Shown here: positions 37,315-50,693 of the stretch, piece after piece | Numbering within the stretch: position 1 is the first letter of the stretch | Layout of the letters: each line of letters opens with the position of its first letter | Assembly (NCBI RefSeq): GCF_004010195.1 | Contig: NC_057719.1 | Coordinates: forward strand, 82,238,600 to 82,302,599 | Length of the DNA: 64,000 nucleotides | Direction of reading: 5' to 3' | Source of the DNA: Chiloscyllium plagiosum | Taxonomy: Eukaryota | Program-made: the position numbers and the translations under genes | The notes under the pieces: model-generated | What the model was told of the DNA's origin: nothing | The model's input: only the letters and a program-made list of their open reading frames with translations | The model's database searches: none

Positions 37315-37730
37315 GTTTATTGTCCATCCCTAGTTGCCCCTTGAGAAGGTGGTGGTGAGTTGCCTTCTTGAACTCTTGCAGTCCATCTGTTGTGGCTTGA
37401 CCCACAATGCCTTTAGGGAGGCAATTCCAGGATTTGGACCCAGTGACAGAACAGCGACATATTTCCAAGTCAGGATGATGAGTGGCTTGGAGGGGAAGTC
37501 AAAATGGTGGTGTTCCCATCTATCTGCTGCCCTTGTCCTTCGAGATGGAAGTGGTCGTGGGTTTGGAAAGTACTGTCGGACGGCCCTTGGTGAGTTTTCG
37601 CAGTGCATCTTGTAGATAGTACACACTGTTGCCACTCAGCTACTGAATGTTTCAATGGGATGCCAATCAAGCGGGCTGCTTTGTCCTGGATGGTGTCAAC
37701 CTTCTTGAGTGCCGTTGGAGCTGCAATCAA
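37315..37730 (-). mobile_element. L2/CR1-group LINE 3' end
   Basis: PTALKKVDTIQDKAARLIG; SKSWNCLP..GLQEFKKATHHHLLKG. Confidence 0.8.
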
Positions 37731-38417
37731 GCCAACATCTAATACTAAACCTAAAGCACAGACCACTTGCTCTCCACCTAAATCTGCCTCCCTTCAAGCC
37801 ATCCCTCCCCTTCTGCCTTTCTGCTTTCAGAAACTCAGGACTTGGATGATCCACTCCAGGACTACACTGAAGGGCATTATTACCGCGATGTTTGGGGCAT
37901 TTGCAGTGCCTATTGCCAGTGTCAAAGAACACAGAGGAGTCAAGTTCCAGCTAGGCAACAGGGTAATGCATAGAGTGTGGAGCCCATTCTTTCCAAAGTG
38001 GAAGTAATGTCCAACAACATGAGGGCACGTGTGAAGTTGGTTCTGCCGCAGTGTCCAATGCAGAACAGGTAGAAACCATTGACCCTCTTAATGCTGTAGG
38101 TTAGCTTAGATAGAGGGCGAGGATTCCCACTATGGTGCCTCACAGCTACCAGATTGTTACCATCACGGCAATGTGCTCCAAGGGGCTTCCAGCCTCATGC
38201 TGCAATCCAGCATTCTGTCCTCCCCCCATTACCTGAATCACTGCAGTGCTATCCCAAAGGAGAGGATGCAGCTCTGGGGTGAACATGCCTCCTGCCCTCA
38301 ACGTGGCAGCATTTCTGCTCCCACCACTGCCCTGGCTTTTGTCTGTCAGCCAGGGTGCTGCCACTCGAGGCCCAGTGCTGCTCAATAAAATTCCTACAGT
38401 GTGGAATCAGGCCATTC

Positions 38418-38608
38418 AGTGTGGTGCTGGAAAAGCACAGCTGGTTGGGCAGTACCCGAGGAGCAGGAGAGTTGATGTTTTGAGCATAGGCTCTTCATCA
38501 GGAATCATTCGGAAATGTCAGCTCTCCTGCTCCTCAGATGCTGCCTGACCGGCTATGCTTTTCCAGTGCCACAATATTTGTCTCTGATCTCTAGTCTTCA
38601 CTTTCTCC
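38418..38608. mobile_element. Degenerate Penelope pLTR fold-back
   Basis: Inverted pLTR halves meeting at ~38505; aggccat on both flanks. Confidence 0.7.
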
Positions 38609-38771
38609 AAATAGGCCATACCAACCAGACCCACCATCCCTCCCTGCAAACCTTAATATCCCCTGGCTAACCCACCTAACCTGCACATCAAGGGCAATTT
38701 AGCATGGCCAGTCCACCAAACCTGCACATCCTTAGACTTTGGGAAGAACCTGGAGGAAACTCGCATAGACT

Positions 38772-39390
38772 TAGAGTCATAGAGATGTACAGCATGGAAA
38801 TAGACCCTTCGGTCCAACCCGTCCATGCCGACCAGATATCCCAACCCAATCTAGTCCCACCTGCCAGTGCTTGGCCCATATCCCTCCAAAACCCTTCCTA
38901 TTCATATATCCATCCAAATGCCTCTTAAATGTTGCAATTGTACCAGCCTCCACCACATCCTCTGGCAGCTCAATCCATACATGTACCACCCTCTGTGTGA
39001 AAATGTTGCCCCTTAGGTCTCTTTTATATGTTTCCCCTCTCACCCTAAACCTATGCCTTCTAGTTCTGGACTCCCCGATCTCAGGGAAAAGACTTTGCNN
39101 NNNNNNNNNNNNNNNNNNNNNNNNNNNNNNNNNNNNNNNNNNNNNNNNNNNNNNNNNNNNNNNNNNNNNNNNNNNNNNNNNNNNNNNNNNNTCTTCACTA
39201 TCCTATCTACCTGTGACTCCACTTTCAAGGAGCTATGAACCTGCACTCCAAGATCTCTTTGTTCAACAACACTCCCTAGGACCTTATCATTAAGTGTATA
39301 AGTCCTGCTAAGATTTGCTTTCCCAAAATGCAGCACCTCGCATTTATCTGAATTAAACTCCATCTGCCACTTCTCAAGCCCATTGGCCCT
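38772..39390 (-). mobile_element. CR1/HER1 LINE 3' fragment containing an N gap (39099-39191)
   Basis: WQMEFNSDKCEVLHFG; RDLRGNIFTQRVVHVW. Confidence 0.9.
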
Positions 39391-40074
39391 TGAGGAGAAC
39401 ACACAACACTACATAGACAGCCGCCAGAGGGTGGGACCAAACCTGGTCCAAGGTGCTGTAAGGCAGCAGTGCTGACCACTGTGCTGCCACTCAGTTGCAG
39501 GTCTTCCCACTGGATTTCAGGAACTCAGCTATAGGCACTGTAATAGAGCAAGGCCAGGCGACCAGGACAGGCAAATAACACACAGAGAACAAGCATAAAG
39601 GGAATGCACATGGGCTGAATTGTGTTTCATTACTGGGTGAACTTTGGATAAAGTGCCTGTGAACTGATTATTTAGAGGTGTATTTTCTTCCAAGGTCTTG
39701 GCCAGCAAGATGTTGTGATAGTCCATGCCAGAGAGATGGAAGATTATGGAGCAATAGTGGTGCATATAGATTACTTTAGAGGAATCGAAATCTGATTTTC
39801 CAATCAGCACCCAGGCCTAAAACATGAATAAAAACTGGGCAGTTTTATAGGATAGGTGTCCAATACCCGGTGTTAGTTTGGAATGTGCACAGTCAGTTGA
39901 AAAGGTACCCATATGCCTCACTCTGTCGCTGTGGTTTGGACGCTCCTTCTTTTAAGGAAGTCCATCTCCTTTAAGGCCACAGAGCTGAATCTGACCCTGA
40001 GTGAGTGAGAGACCAATTGCCAGTGCCAAGGAAGTCTGTGGGTCGGCAGAAGCTGTTTAACCCATTTCATTGAG

Positions 40075-40208
40075 TTTAAAAAATCACACAACACCAGGTT
40101 ATAGTCCAACAGATTTATTTGGAAGCACGAGCACTCTGAAAGCTATAACCCGGTGCTGTGTGATTTTTAACTTTGTCCACCCCAGTCCAATGCCGGCTCC
40201 TCCACATC
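40075..40208. mobile_element. Family-B Penelope fold-back with the central hammerhead mostly deleted
   Basis: Homologous to 26478-26692. Confidence 0.7.
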
Positions 40209-40899
40209 TTTTCCCTGAGACAGAAGGGGCCAATGAGAAGCTATCAATTCCACTCTCCTCTTTGCCTTCATTCTCGGAATTGAGGGAGAGAAGAGACTTA
40301 TTCAGTTTCAGTCAAGTCTCCGATTTGAAAATCGCATCTTTTACTTTCCTGCAAGATTTTCGCGACCAACCATGAGGCTTCTAGGTGTCTGGTGGGAAAG
40401 ATTTGTCTCTAATTACTTTCTCTAATCTCATTCACTGAGGATATTTGTTTGCCAGAAGGAACCTTCTGGGTTCAGTGCTTATTGCTATAGCTCAGCCAAG
40501 AATGAATGCCTGTAATAAAACATGGAATGGTGCCCTTGTAATACAGTTTGATTCAATGGTATTCAATCCGTTAAACAGACCAAACATAGCAATCTAGTAA
40601 TGTGCTGCAGACATAGGAAGCAATCAATTGCTAAGCATGCATGCCAGGGTCATGGGGAAATGATGCCAAACAAATGTGGAGGGGGAGGAAGTGAGATCTA
40701 TGGCCATAGACTGTGAGTAAGGACAGAACTGTTAAAAATGCATGAAAAATAACAGGAGAGAGGCAGCAGTTGTCAAATGAGGAACCAGAGTAAGTGAATC
40801 ACACTGAGACAGTCCGCAATGATTCACATTAAACAGGGATATACTAGTGTATAGGTACACATGCAACCCTAATTCATTATTGACCTTGGCCAATGTGGG

Positions 40900-43075
40900 A
40901 GAACAAAGAACAAAGAAAATTACAGCACAGGAACAGCCCCTTCGGCCCTCCAAGCCTGTGCCGATCCAGATCCTCTATCTAGACCTGTTGCCTATTTTCT
41001 AAGGGTCTGTATCCCTTTGCTCCCTGCCCATTCATGTATCTGTCTACATACATCTAAAATGATGCTATTCTTCCTGCCCCTACCACCTCCGCTGGCAACA
41101 CGTTCCACCTCTGTGTAAAGAACTTTCCATGCATAGCTCCCCTAAACTTTTCCCCTCTCACTTGGAACTTGTGACCCTGAGTGATTGAGTCCCCCACTCT
41201 GGGAAAAAGCTTCTTGCTATCCACCCTGTCTACACCTCTCATGCTTTTGTGGACTTCAATCAGGTCCCCCGTCAACCTCCTTTCCAATGAAAATAATCCT
41301 AATCTACTCAACCTCTTTTCATAGCTAATGCCCTCCATACCAGGCAACATCCTGGTGAACCTCCTCTGCACCCTCTCCAAAGCCACATCCTTTTGGTAAT
41401 GTGGCGACCAGAACTGTATGCCGTATTCCAAATATGGCTGAACCAAAAGCTTATACAACTGTAACATGATCTGCCAACTCTTGTACTCTATACCCCGTCC
41501 AATGAAGGGAAGCATGCCGTATGCCTTCTTAACCACTCTATTGACCTGCGTTGCCACCTTCAGGGAACAATGGACCTGAACACCCAGATCTCTCTGTACA
41601 TCGATTTTCCCCAGGACTTTTCCATTTACTGTATAGTTCACTCTTGAATTGGATCTTCCAAAATGCATCACCTTGCATTGGCCCGGATTGAACTCCATCT
41701 GCCATTTCTCTGCCCAACTCCTCAATCTATCTATGTTCTGCTGTATTCTCTGACAGTCCCCTTCACCATCTGCTACTCCACCAATCTTAGTGTCATCTAC
41801 AAGCTTGCTAATCAGACCGCCTACACCTTCCTCCAAATCGTTTATATATATCACAAACAACAGTGGGCCCAGAATGGATCCCTGTGGAACACCACCAGTC
41901 AAAGGTCTCCTTTTTGAGAAACTTCCTTCCACTACCACTCTCTGTCTCCAGTTGCCTAGCCAGTTCTCTATCCATCTAGCTAGTATACCCTGGACCCCAT
42001 GCGACTTCACCTTCTCCACCAGCCTACCATGGGGAACCTTATCAAACACCTTACTAAAGTCAATGTATATGACATCTACATTTCTTCCCTCATCAATCAA
42101 CTTTGTCACTTCCTCAAAGAATTCTATTAAGTTGGTAAGGCATGAACCTCCCTGCACAAAACCATGTTGCCTATCACTAATAAGCCCAAATGGGAATAGA
42201 TCCTATCCCTCAGTATCTTCTCTAGCAGCTTCCCTACCACTGAGGTCAGGCTCACCGGCCTATAATTAACTTCTTAAACAAGGGGACAACATTAGCAATT
42301 CTTCAGTTGTCTGGGACCTCACCTGTGTTCAAGGATGCTGCAAAGATATCTGTTAAAGCCCCAGCTATTTCCTCTCTCCCTTCCCTCAGTAACCTGGGAT
42401 AGACCCCATCTGGACCTGGGGACTAGTCCACCTTAATGCCTACTGGAATACCCAACACTTCCTTCCTCCTTATGCTGATTTGACACATCTATCTCTAACC
42501 TCAGCATCAGTCATGTCCCTATAGCCCCCAGCTATTTCCTCTCTCCCTTCCCTCAGTAACCTGGGATAGACCCCATCCGGACCTGGGGACTAGTCCACCT
42601 TAATGCCTACTGGAATACCCAACACTTCCTTCCTCCTTATGCTGATTTGACCTAGAGTAATCAAACATCTATCTCTAACCTCAGCATCAGTCATGTCCCT
42701 CTCCTTAGTGAATACCGACGCATAATACTCATTAAGAATCTCACCCATTTTCTCTGACTCCACGTATAACTTTCCTCCTTTGTCCTTGAGTGGGCCAACT
42801 CTTTCTCTCGTTAGCCTGTTGCTCCTTATATATGAATAAAAGTCTTTGGGATTTTCCTTAACTCTGTGTGCTAAGGTTATCTCATGACCCCTTTTAGCCC
42901 TCTTAATTCCTCATTTCAGATTGGTTCTACATTCCTGATATTCTTCCAAAGCTTCAGTCACCTAGACTTTATGTATGCTTCCTTTTTCCTCTTAGCTAGT
43001 CTCACAATTTCACCTGTCAGCCAAAGTTCCCTAATCTTGCCATTTCTAACTCTCATTTTCACAGGAACATATCTC
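40900..43075 (-). mobile_element. CR1 LINE, ~2.2 kb 3' portion, including a 367-aa RT ORF and an internal tandem duplication
   Basis: ORF 41054-42157: SCLTNLIEFF..DFSKVFDKVPH..PQGSILGP..LVDD; 3' end at gaacaaagaacaaag. Confidence 0.95.
42358..42700. repeat. Tandem duplication inside the CR1
   Basis: 42358-42520 repeated at 42524-42700; copy 1 lacks ctagagtaatcaa. Confidence 0.95.
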
Positions 43076-43104
43076 ATGATTCAGTCCAGCTCCCACATCC
43101 ATGT

Positions 43105-43425
43105 TTGTAATGGCCTAGTAATGTTATTGCCAGATTGTTATTCCAAATGTCCAAGTAATGCTATGGTGCCTGAGTTCAAATCCCACCACAACAAGACGGT
43201 GAAATTTAGGTTTAGTTAAAAAAAAAGGTCTGGAATTAATTATGACCATTAAACTATTGCTGATTTGTTCTGGAAAATCTATTGATTCACCAACATCTTT
43301 TAGGGAAGGGAAGATTGCTGTCTTTAGCTGGTCTGGCCTACATGTGACAGCAATGGGATTGGCCTTTTAATTGCAGAATGGGCAATAAATGCTGGCTCAC
43401 CCAGGGATGTCTCATTGAATGAAAA
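43105..43425 (+). mobile_element. tRNA-derived SINE, family 2
   Basis: B-box-like gagttcaaatccc; core tttagggaagg..ggtctggcctacatgtgac; tail gggcaataaatgctgg. Confidence 0.75.
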
Positions 43426-44306
43426 GAAAAGCCCAACATTCCTCAGGGTAGTGGTGACTGCACGCTGTCCTATTATCGAAATGGGGAAGGAAATACAGGT
43501 ACTGGATTTGTTTTATAGTCGTTCGGAGGATGTTTGGCGAGGTCCGCATCGATGCTCATCCCTAATTACCCAGAGGGCAGCGTTAATGGTGGCAGAGGTG
43601 TTAGCGTTTGCTGTCAAGATGCCAGTGAGAGAACTAGCAATTTCAATAGACGCGCAGGCTGTGGAGCCCAACCCTTAGATTCACTATGGATAAGGCTTTG
43701 TTATTGCAAGGGGTTTGCTCTTTATCTCCCTAGCTTCTAGATTAACCAGGTAGAAATAGCCAGTCTGGAGTTTGGGCAAATTGTCCACCTATAAAGATTT
43801 TCTTTCACTGTGACATGTAGGGTCAGTGTTCTCTGGTGGAAGGGGCCTCCAACTTCAGTTCAGACTCCAATGAAAAGCAGGGATGAGTGTGAACAGCAGT
43901 GGTATAAGCTGTAGCAACTTTTGAAAGAGGAATCTGGGGAGCTCTGAATGTCTCTGCTCTGAACTTTCCAAATGACTTTTAAACATGACCCTGGAATAGT
44001 TTATATAACTTGCTAAAATACTAAATTTTGAACAGGATTCCAATATAATTTTTTATTACTTTTTAAATTATTTAGTTTGAGTCATTTTTAAGATGGTTTT
44101 GTTATTACTTGTCTGACCTTTAAAAATACATATAAATTCATGAAGTTTAAAATCTCCATTTATTTGACTTGTTAACGTTTTTCCAGAGACTTTTTAAAGT
44201 GATTCTGTTATGACAGCTACTGCTGTAGCTAACGCACAGCTTAGAATGATATCCTGTAGTGGGAGTATTTGAGGGGGACAATATCAAGGGGCTTTACTTT
44301 TGTAAA

Positions 44307-44745
44307 GTCATGGAGTCATACAGCATAGAAATAGACCCTTCAGTCCAATCAGTCATTGCTGATCATAATCCCAAAATAAACTAGTCCCACCTGCCTGTGC
44401 TTGGCCTACATCCTTCCAGATATTTCCTATTCATGCACGTAGCTAAATATCTTTTAAATGTTGTAACTGTACTCGCATCCAGCACTTCCTCTGGTATTTC
44501 GTTCCATTCTGTCTAAAAAGTTGCCCCTCATGTCTTTTTAAAATCTTTCTTCTCTGTCCTTAAACATATGGCTGCTTGAAATTCCCCACTCTAGGGAAAA
44601 CACACCTGTCATTCACCTTATCTATAACCCCAATGATTTTATAAACCTACACAAGGTTATCCCTCAACCTCCTATGCTCCAGTGAATAAAGTCACAGCCT
44701 ATCCAGCTTCTCCCTATAACTCAAAGCCTCCATTCTTGGCAATGT
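44307..44745 (-). mobile_element. CR1/HER1 3' fragment
   Basis: gtcatggagtcatacagcatagaaatagaccc tail; LSYREKLDRL. Confidence 0.8.
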
Positions 44746-45204
44746 CTCCAACCTCCCTTTCCTAACCAAAGGCATTGACTGTGTTGTCACATCCCGGACA
44801 TGTTTTGGTATTTTGTGGAACTCCATGTTGGTGTCTCTCCAGTCATGCTTTCTCTCTCCCACCACTGTATCAAAGCAATTCTTGTACAAGCACCGGTGAC
44901 ATGTTATGGTGAGGTGTCTGTGACAAAGTTACTGTACCCTTCCTCGATTTCCTGGACCTTTCTGCAGTCTATGACATGGTTGGTCACACCAACACCTCTC
45001 TTGGCCTCCAGCATCATGGATTTGCCCACGTTCCATTTCTATCTGTCCAATTGTGCCCTTGCCAATGATTTCTGTTCCTGCACTCTTACCTCTTGGTGTC
45101 TCCCAAAGATTCACCTTTGACACGTCTCTTTCCCATCTGAGTACTACCCCTTGGTGTCATCATCTGACAACACATTGTTGTGGTGGGGAGAATGAAATTG
45201 GGTC

Positions 45205-45535
45205 AGGGAGTCAATGGCCTGATGGTATTATTGTTCAACTGTTAACATAAAGACCCAGGTTATGTTCTGTGGACCCAGGTTTGAGTCCTGCGAGAGCTAA
45301 TGATGGAATTTGAACTTAATAAAATTAATGATGACCATGAATTTATTGCTGATTGTTAGGGGGAAACCCATCTGGTTAATTAATCCCTTTTAGGGAAGGA
45401 AATCTGTCATCCTTACCTGGCCTGGCCTACATGTGAATCCAGATTCTCACAGCAGCGTGGTTGACTCTTAACTGACCACTGGTAATAAATGCTGGTCTAG
45501 CCAGCAATGTCCTCATCCTGTCAATGAATAAAAGA
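45205..45535 (+). mobile_element. tRNA-derived SINE, family 2
   Basis: Homologous to 46925-47255. Confidence 0.75.
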
Positions 45536-46244
45536 AAAGAAAATAAGGCCAACATTCAATACAATACAGGCAGTGGGTATGCTTTGTCCTTTGAACCAAC
45601 ATAAATGCTTGAGCTCAATGTTCAAGACACCACTAAGTGGCTGCCTGCCCTAAGGGGCTAGATCTGTACCAGGCTAACATCGTTGAAAGTCACTTGTGCA
45701 GAAATGATTAGAAATGTTTGAGCTGAAAGACAAATGGAGAGGGTTTGCCCCATGGTTCCATGCTGAAGATTTTGGGCCTTGCTGGAAGGAAGGGGACAGG
45801 AGATGAGAGGGCCCCTTCTTTCAATGGGGCAGGAGGTCCTCCAAACAGGCCTTGCCAAGGCATGACAATCAATACCAGCTCCCAAGACACCCAATGAGTT
45901 CAGTGAATGGACTAGAGCAATGAAGATATCATCAAAGGCCATATTGTGACAAATGGACTTCTCACATTGCTCCAGGCGGGGCACACACTGCTCACTTTCA
46001 TCCTCTCATCGCATCCTAACCCATTTAGCGGTGCTGCAAGCCTCGCAGCCATATCTCTCAGCATGGACACACTGCCAGCTATTTGACAGCAGAAACCAGC
46101 GTCACACTTGCTGACACATTTAGCCTCTGGCAGGATGGAGAGCATCATAATCAGAGGGCGGCAGCTAACTGTCCGGAGAGGGAAATGTCTCTATGCTCTC
46201 ACCCTCATTGAGGGAAATGGTGATTGTCCACATTGTTGTTTTTT

Positions 46245-46505
46245 CAAAAAATCATACATGAGATGAAGGTGTCTCAGGCAAGACCAGCATTTATTGCCCA
46301 AGCGGGCAGTTTAGTTGCTGTGGGTCTGGACCAGGTAAAGATGGCAGTTTCCTTCCTTAAAGGATATTAGTGAGCCAGATGAGTTTTTCCAACAATTGGT
46401 CATCATTAGAATCGTAATTCCAGGTTTTTTTTCATTTAATTCAAATTCCAATATTTGCTGTGGTACGAAATGAACCAGGTCTCGAGGACATTTCAGTGAT
46501 AATCC
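46245..46505 (-). mobile_element. tRNA-derived SINE, family 2, degenerate
   Basis: ccagcatttattgccca...ttccttccttaaaggatattagtgagccagatg is the reverse complement of the family core. Confidence 0.65.
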
Positions 46506-46924
46506 CACTCAGCCTCCCCCTAAATGGCCATGGGTGATCTCCTAGATAGCAGCAGGGCTACAGCGACAGAAGCTGATAATTAGTTTGTGTCTAATCCTCC
46601 TTCCCCACTTCACCTTCGTTCCACAATCTTTTCCAACTTGCCAGCTGCAGGTGATTTCCACCTGCACTTCCTGCTTTCCCCACTTTCCCTCACTCCAACT
46701 CTGCTTTTGTTTCCTTTGTCCTTCAGGAATCACTGGCAGTTTACGAATCGGCTGCAGGAACATGACGTGCCGATGGAACAGTGTGGGGTCGAATGACTGG
46801 ACGGAGTCCTGAACCAGGTGATCAGCAGATAGATTAGGTTGCCCAGCCACCACCCTCTGGTTTGATGTGAAGGCAGAAAGGGTAAAGTGGACCTAAACAA
46901 GGTTAAAGCACCTTGAGTTCGAGG

Positions 46925-47255
46925 GAGTTAATGACCTGGTGGTGTTAATACTGGACTGTTAATCCAGAGACCCTGTACTGAATGATGGATTTTGAATTCA
47001 ATTTTTAAAAAATGGTGAAAACAATTCTGGAATTAAAAGTCTAATGATGACCGTGAGTCCGTTGTCAATTATTAGAAAAATCCATTTGGTTAACTAATGC
47101 CCTTAGGGAAGGAAAATGCCATCCTTACCTGGTCTGGCCCGTGTGACTTCTGATCCACAATGTGGTTGACTCTTAATTGCCCTCTGGGTGATTAGGGATG
47201 GGCAATAAATGCTGGCCTAGCTAGAGATGCCCTCCTCCCATGAATGAATAAAGGA
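46925..47255 (+). mobile_element. tRNA-derived SINE, family 2
   Basis: Complete core and tail gggatgggcaataaatgctggcctagc...catgaatgaataaa. Confidence 0.8.
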
Positions 47256-47440
47256 CAAAAGCAAGCATATACCCGCTGGGCGATGTGTGACAGGATCAGT
47301 ATGGTGACATGCCAACCTGCACATTGAGTGAGCGGTCAGCTTCCTGTACTGAGAATGTGACCCCCCCCCCGCAAAGCCACGAGTCTGCAATGGATGGCAC
47401 CTTGTACCACTGGTAAGCCGCTATCCTGGCGAAACCACCA

Positions 47441-47727
47441 TCATAGAATCCCTATAGTGTGGAAACAAGCCCTTGGACCCAACAAGTCCACACCAATCCT
47501 CCAAAAAGTAACCCACCCAGACCTACACATCCCTGAACACTATGGGCAATTTAGCATAACCAATTCACCTAACCTGCGCATCTTTAGGCTGTGGGAGGAA
47601 ACGGGAGCACCCGCAGGAAACCCACACAGACACGGGGAGAATGTGCAAACTGTCAACCGAGGCTGGAATCGAACCCAGATCCCTGGTGCTGGGAGGCAGC
47701 AGTACTACCCACTGAGCCACCATGCCA
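47441..47727 (-). mobile_element. HE1 SINE
   Basis: Tail, V-core and head present. Confidence 0.9.
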
Positions 47728-48039
47728 GGCATACTGTACTTTTCCCTCTGCTCCTGCCTGCTTAAAGACAACACTATACATCTCCCTCTCCTGACATAAA
47801 GAGTTTCAGTCAGTACTCCAATGCTCTCTGCAGAAACTTACCAAGGCTCCTTTGCAGTGGTCCCATTTCAATGCAGGAAATAGCCAGAGGGGGAAGAAAA
47901 AGCAGTAAAAGAAACACAATAATATTTGGAAATAAATGTACTGGTCACACCTCACCTCCATATTGAGGTGTGCAAGGAGAGTCAGTGACCAGATTTACTG
48001 GACTTCCCTTCTGGGTGACTAGAACTGCTAACAGTCTGG

Positions 48040-48325
48040 GAGAAATAGAAGAGTAGGTATGTGGCAAATTTCAGGGAAGTGTACAGTAATAGGGTCACGA
48101 TGGTGGGCATTTCAACTTCCTGAACACTAACTGAGATGGCCATAGTGTGAAAGGCTTGGAGGGAGTGGAATTCTCAAAATGCTTTTTGAAGAGTTTCTCC
48201 ATCCACTCAGTAGAAGGCCCGAGAGGACAGCGGGTGACCTGGCCAGAGGCAGTGAAACTGGCTTGAACTATCTGTAGTGGAGCATTTAGCAGATAGCAAT
48301 CATAACTCCATTACGTTCAAGACTG
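48040..48325 (+). mobile_element. CR1 ORF2 endonuclease fragment
   Basis: agggtcacgatggtgggcatttcaacttcc ~ GDFNFP; ttagcagatagcaatcataactcc ~ SDH region. Confidence 0.6.
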
Positions 48326-48344
48326 GCATTTGATTTAATTCAGT

Positions 48345-48600
48345 TAGGATTAGAGTTAGATTTATTGTCATGTGAACTCAGTTGTAAGGTACAGGAGTAC
48401 AGTGAAATGTGTACAATATCACCACATGTGGTGCCATTTTAGGTACAAAGTACCGAGGTGCAAATCTTATATGCTAAAACAGATTAGATACAAAAATAGA
48501 AAAATAAAGAGAAAAGGTAAAAGTTTAACATTACAGTTCCACGTAGTATAAATTAGGAAGATAAAGAAATAAAGTTAAAAGTTAAACATTACAGTAAACT
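48345..48600 (-). mobile_element. Non-autonomous repeat with LINE-type tail
   Basis: Reverse complement of the 22530/34170 family 3' end. Confidence 0.5.
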
Positions 48601-49149
48601 ATTAGATCTGGTGATGGATAGCTAAACCAGGGGTGTTTCAGATATGACAAGTCTGTGCCCCACCTTGGATCTGAGGAAATCCAGTACAGACTTTCCAAAC
48701 TTTGAGCATCTTATCGATTGACTAACACCTCTAATTGGGAGGCATTGCTTCAACATTGCGCCCAAGTCCTGGCCTCAACTAGGCCGGCAAATCCTGAAGT
48801 GGAAATCTGCCTCCGAGACGAGGGTTCTAGCAAGCATTAGAGATTAGAGTTTAAAATGAGCATGTTTTAAAAGGTGACAGACACCACAATGATTCATTTT
48901 GTTCAGGGAGATGAAGAAAACTGATTGTGTGGGCTTTGCCTGAAGTGCTTGGTGGTTGATTAGGAACCTGAGTGATAATTCAGCTCCCTTGGTAATTATA
49001 ACCCATCATCCTGATTAAATCACAAGGTATCTGGTTTGAAGTTAGACATCCTCGAGTAACCATTTTAGTTTCAAATTGATGTGTCGACATGTTCTCAGTT
49101 TGTGCTCAAACTGTTAACCAATTACATGATCCAATACTTGATATAGGCA

Positions 49150-49612
49150 TTTCTTCATCTTATCCTAAATTTTTGTCTATCTTTGATCCCTCTATTTCTC
49201 TATTGCTAGCTTTCTCTTTCTGTCTCTCAGTTTCTCGGTTAAACTGTTCCTCTTCCTACATTTTTTTTCCTCTCTCTACCTCTCTCTCTGTTACTTTCAG
49301 ATAATATTTGTGTCTTTTCTACTCTGTCCATCATACCATCTGTAAATCTACTTCCCACTCTCTATCGTTTACATTCTGTCTATCATTTTATTCTTTCTCA
49401 ATTTCCGTTTGTCTCATTTCTCTTTCTCTGCCTCTCTCCCTCCCCATTTCTGTGTTGCTTTGCTTCTCTCTCTCTGTCTCTCCATCACTTTCCCTCCATT
49501 TTTACTCCCTCTTTCTTTCTCTTCTGTCTCTTCTTCTGACCTCTGCTTTTTATGTCCCTCTGTTTCGTTCTCTTTCTGTCTTTATCCTCTCTTTTTCCTC
49601 TCTCCTCTCTAA
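49150..49612. repeat. CT-rich low-complexity tract
   Basis: Pyrimidine-rich, degenerate (CT)n. Confidence 0.85.
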
Positions 49613-50349
49613 AACTTCAGTTCAAGACTGAGGGATCTGTTTCCCGTGCTGTCTGGCTCTATGACTCTATAAGTCAGTTCTCCTCATTCCTGAGCACCAG
49701 TCAGGAGTAAGTCCAGAGCATGGCAGGAAGAAAGTGACTCCCATCAGGAAATTAATGCACAAAGAATTAAAAGCCTGGAAGTTTCCCTTTTGTGTTCCTG
49801 GCCTCTTCCTGGGAAGATGGTAAGGCTCGTGTCTGAGCCAAGTGCTTATCCTCTGCATTGCAAGTATCAGGAGGTCATTTAACCGGGGAGGTATCGCAAG
49901 TCAGGTTTGACGTAGGCCAAACAAGCAAGGATGCCAGCTAGCTGTGGACAGAGAGGTGCCAGGGGTCAGAGGTCTGACAGTCTGCAGGAACTGACCCCTC
50001 GGTAATCCTGATGGATTACTCTCATCTCTTGCCTCCAAGATCAGCTCATTCTCAACAAGCTAGGAGGTCAGTCTCAGTCCCTAGGTGAGTGGAGCTCAAG
50101 CCAACCTGGGCAATGTCTTCCCCATTACATTGGAGAGGAATCCCATCACACAAAAGAGGGGTACCACCAGTTTCTCAGCGTTGCACCCAAGACGGTGGAA
50201 CGGTCCCTTAGTATTGTCATTCAGCGCTGATGAAGCATTAGCATTTCATTCATTATCACCATGGTAACCAACCAGTAAATAAGGAAGGAAGCCAGTATGC
50301 CTTACTCACTGTTTGGAAATTCCTCTCTCCTTGCCTACTGAACCTTCGT

Positions 50350-50555
50350 TGACCACAAAAAGCAACTGAGACCAAAGTATTGAGTGTTTTCAAGAAGGAG
50401 TTAGATACAGATCTTTGGGCTAAAGGAATCAAAGGGTATGGGAAGGATGTGGGAACAGGTGACAGAATTGAATGTTCAGCCATGATCACAATGAATGCAG
50501 GCTTGAAGGGCTGAAAGGCCTGCTCTTGTTCCTACTTTTCTATGTTTCCATGACC
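50350..50555 (+). mobile_element. CR1 3' tail fragment
   Basis: ttcaagaaggagttagat...ggaatcaaagggtatggg...gggctgaaaggcct. Confidence 0.75.
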
Positions 50556-50693
50556 CAAGCAACTCACAAGGAGCTCCAACATGAAGCTGATTCCTGAGGT
50601 GTCAGGCTACCCACAGAGCTCAACAATTTTCAACGAAAGGAAAATGATTGAATCACCTTTTCTGAGTAGCGTGTACTCTGCATATTCAGCACA

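Larger units (their letters stand above)
38388..39490 (-). mobile_element. HE1 SINE interrupted by a Penelope fold-back (38418-38608) and a CR1 fragment (38772-39390)
   Basis: HE1 tail at 38388, core 38612-38770, head 39395-39490. Confidence 0.7.

Noticed and set aside
40372..40425. Kozak-like ccaaccATGagg start
   Set aside because: Frame closes after ~17 codons; no convincing donor or promoter context
41054..42157. Longest ORF (367 aa) as a host gene
   Set aside because: It is CR1 ORF2 reverse transcriptase within a truncated LINE
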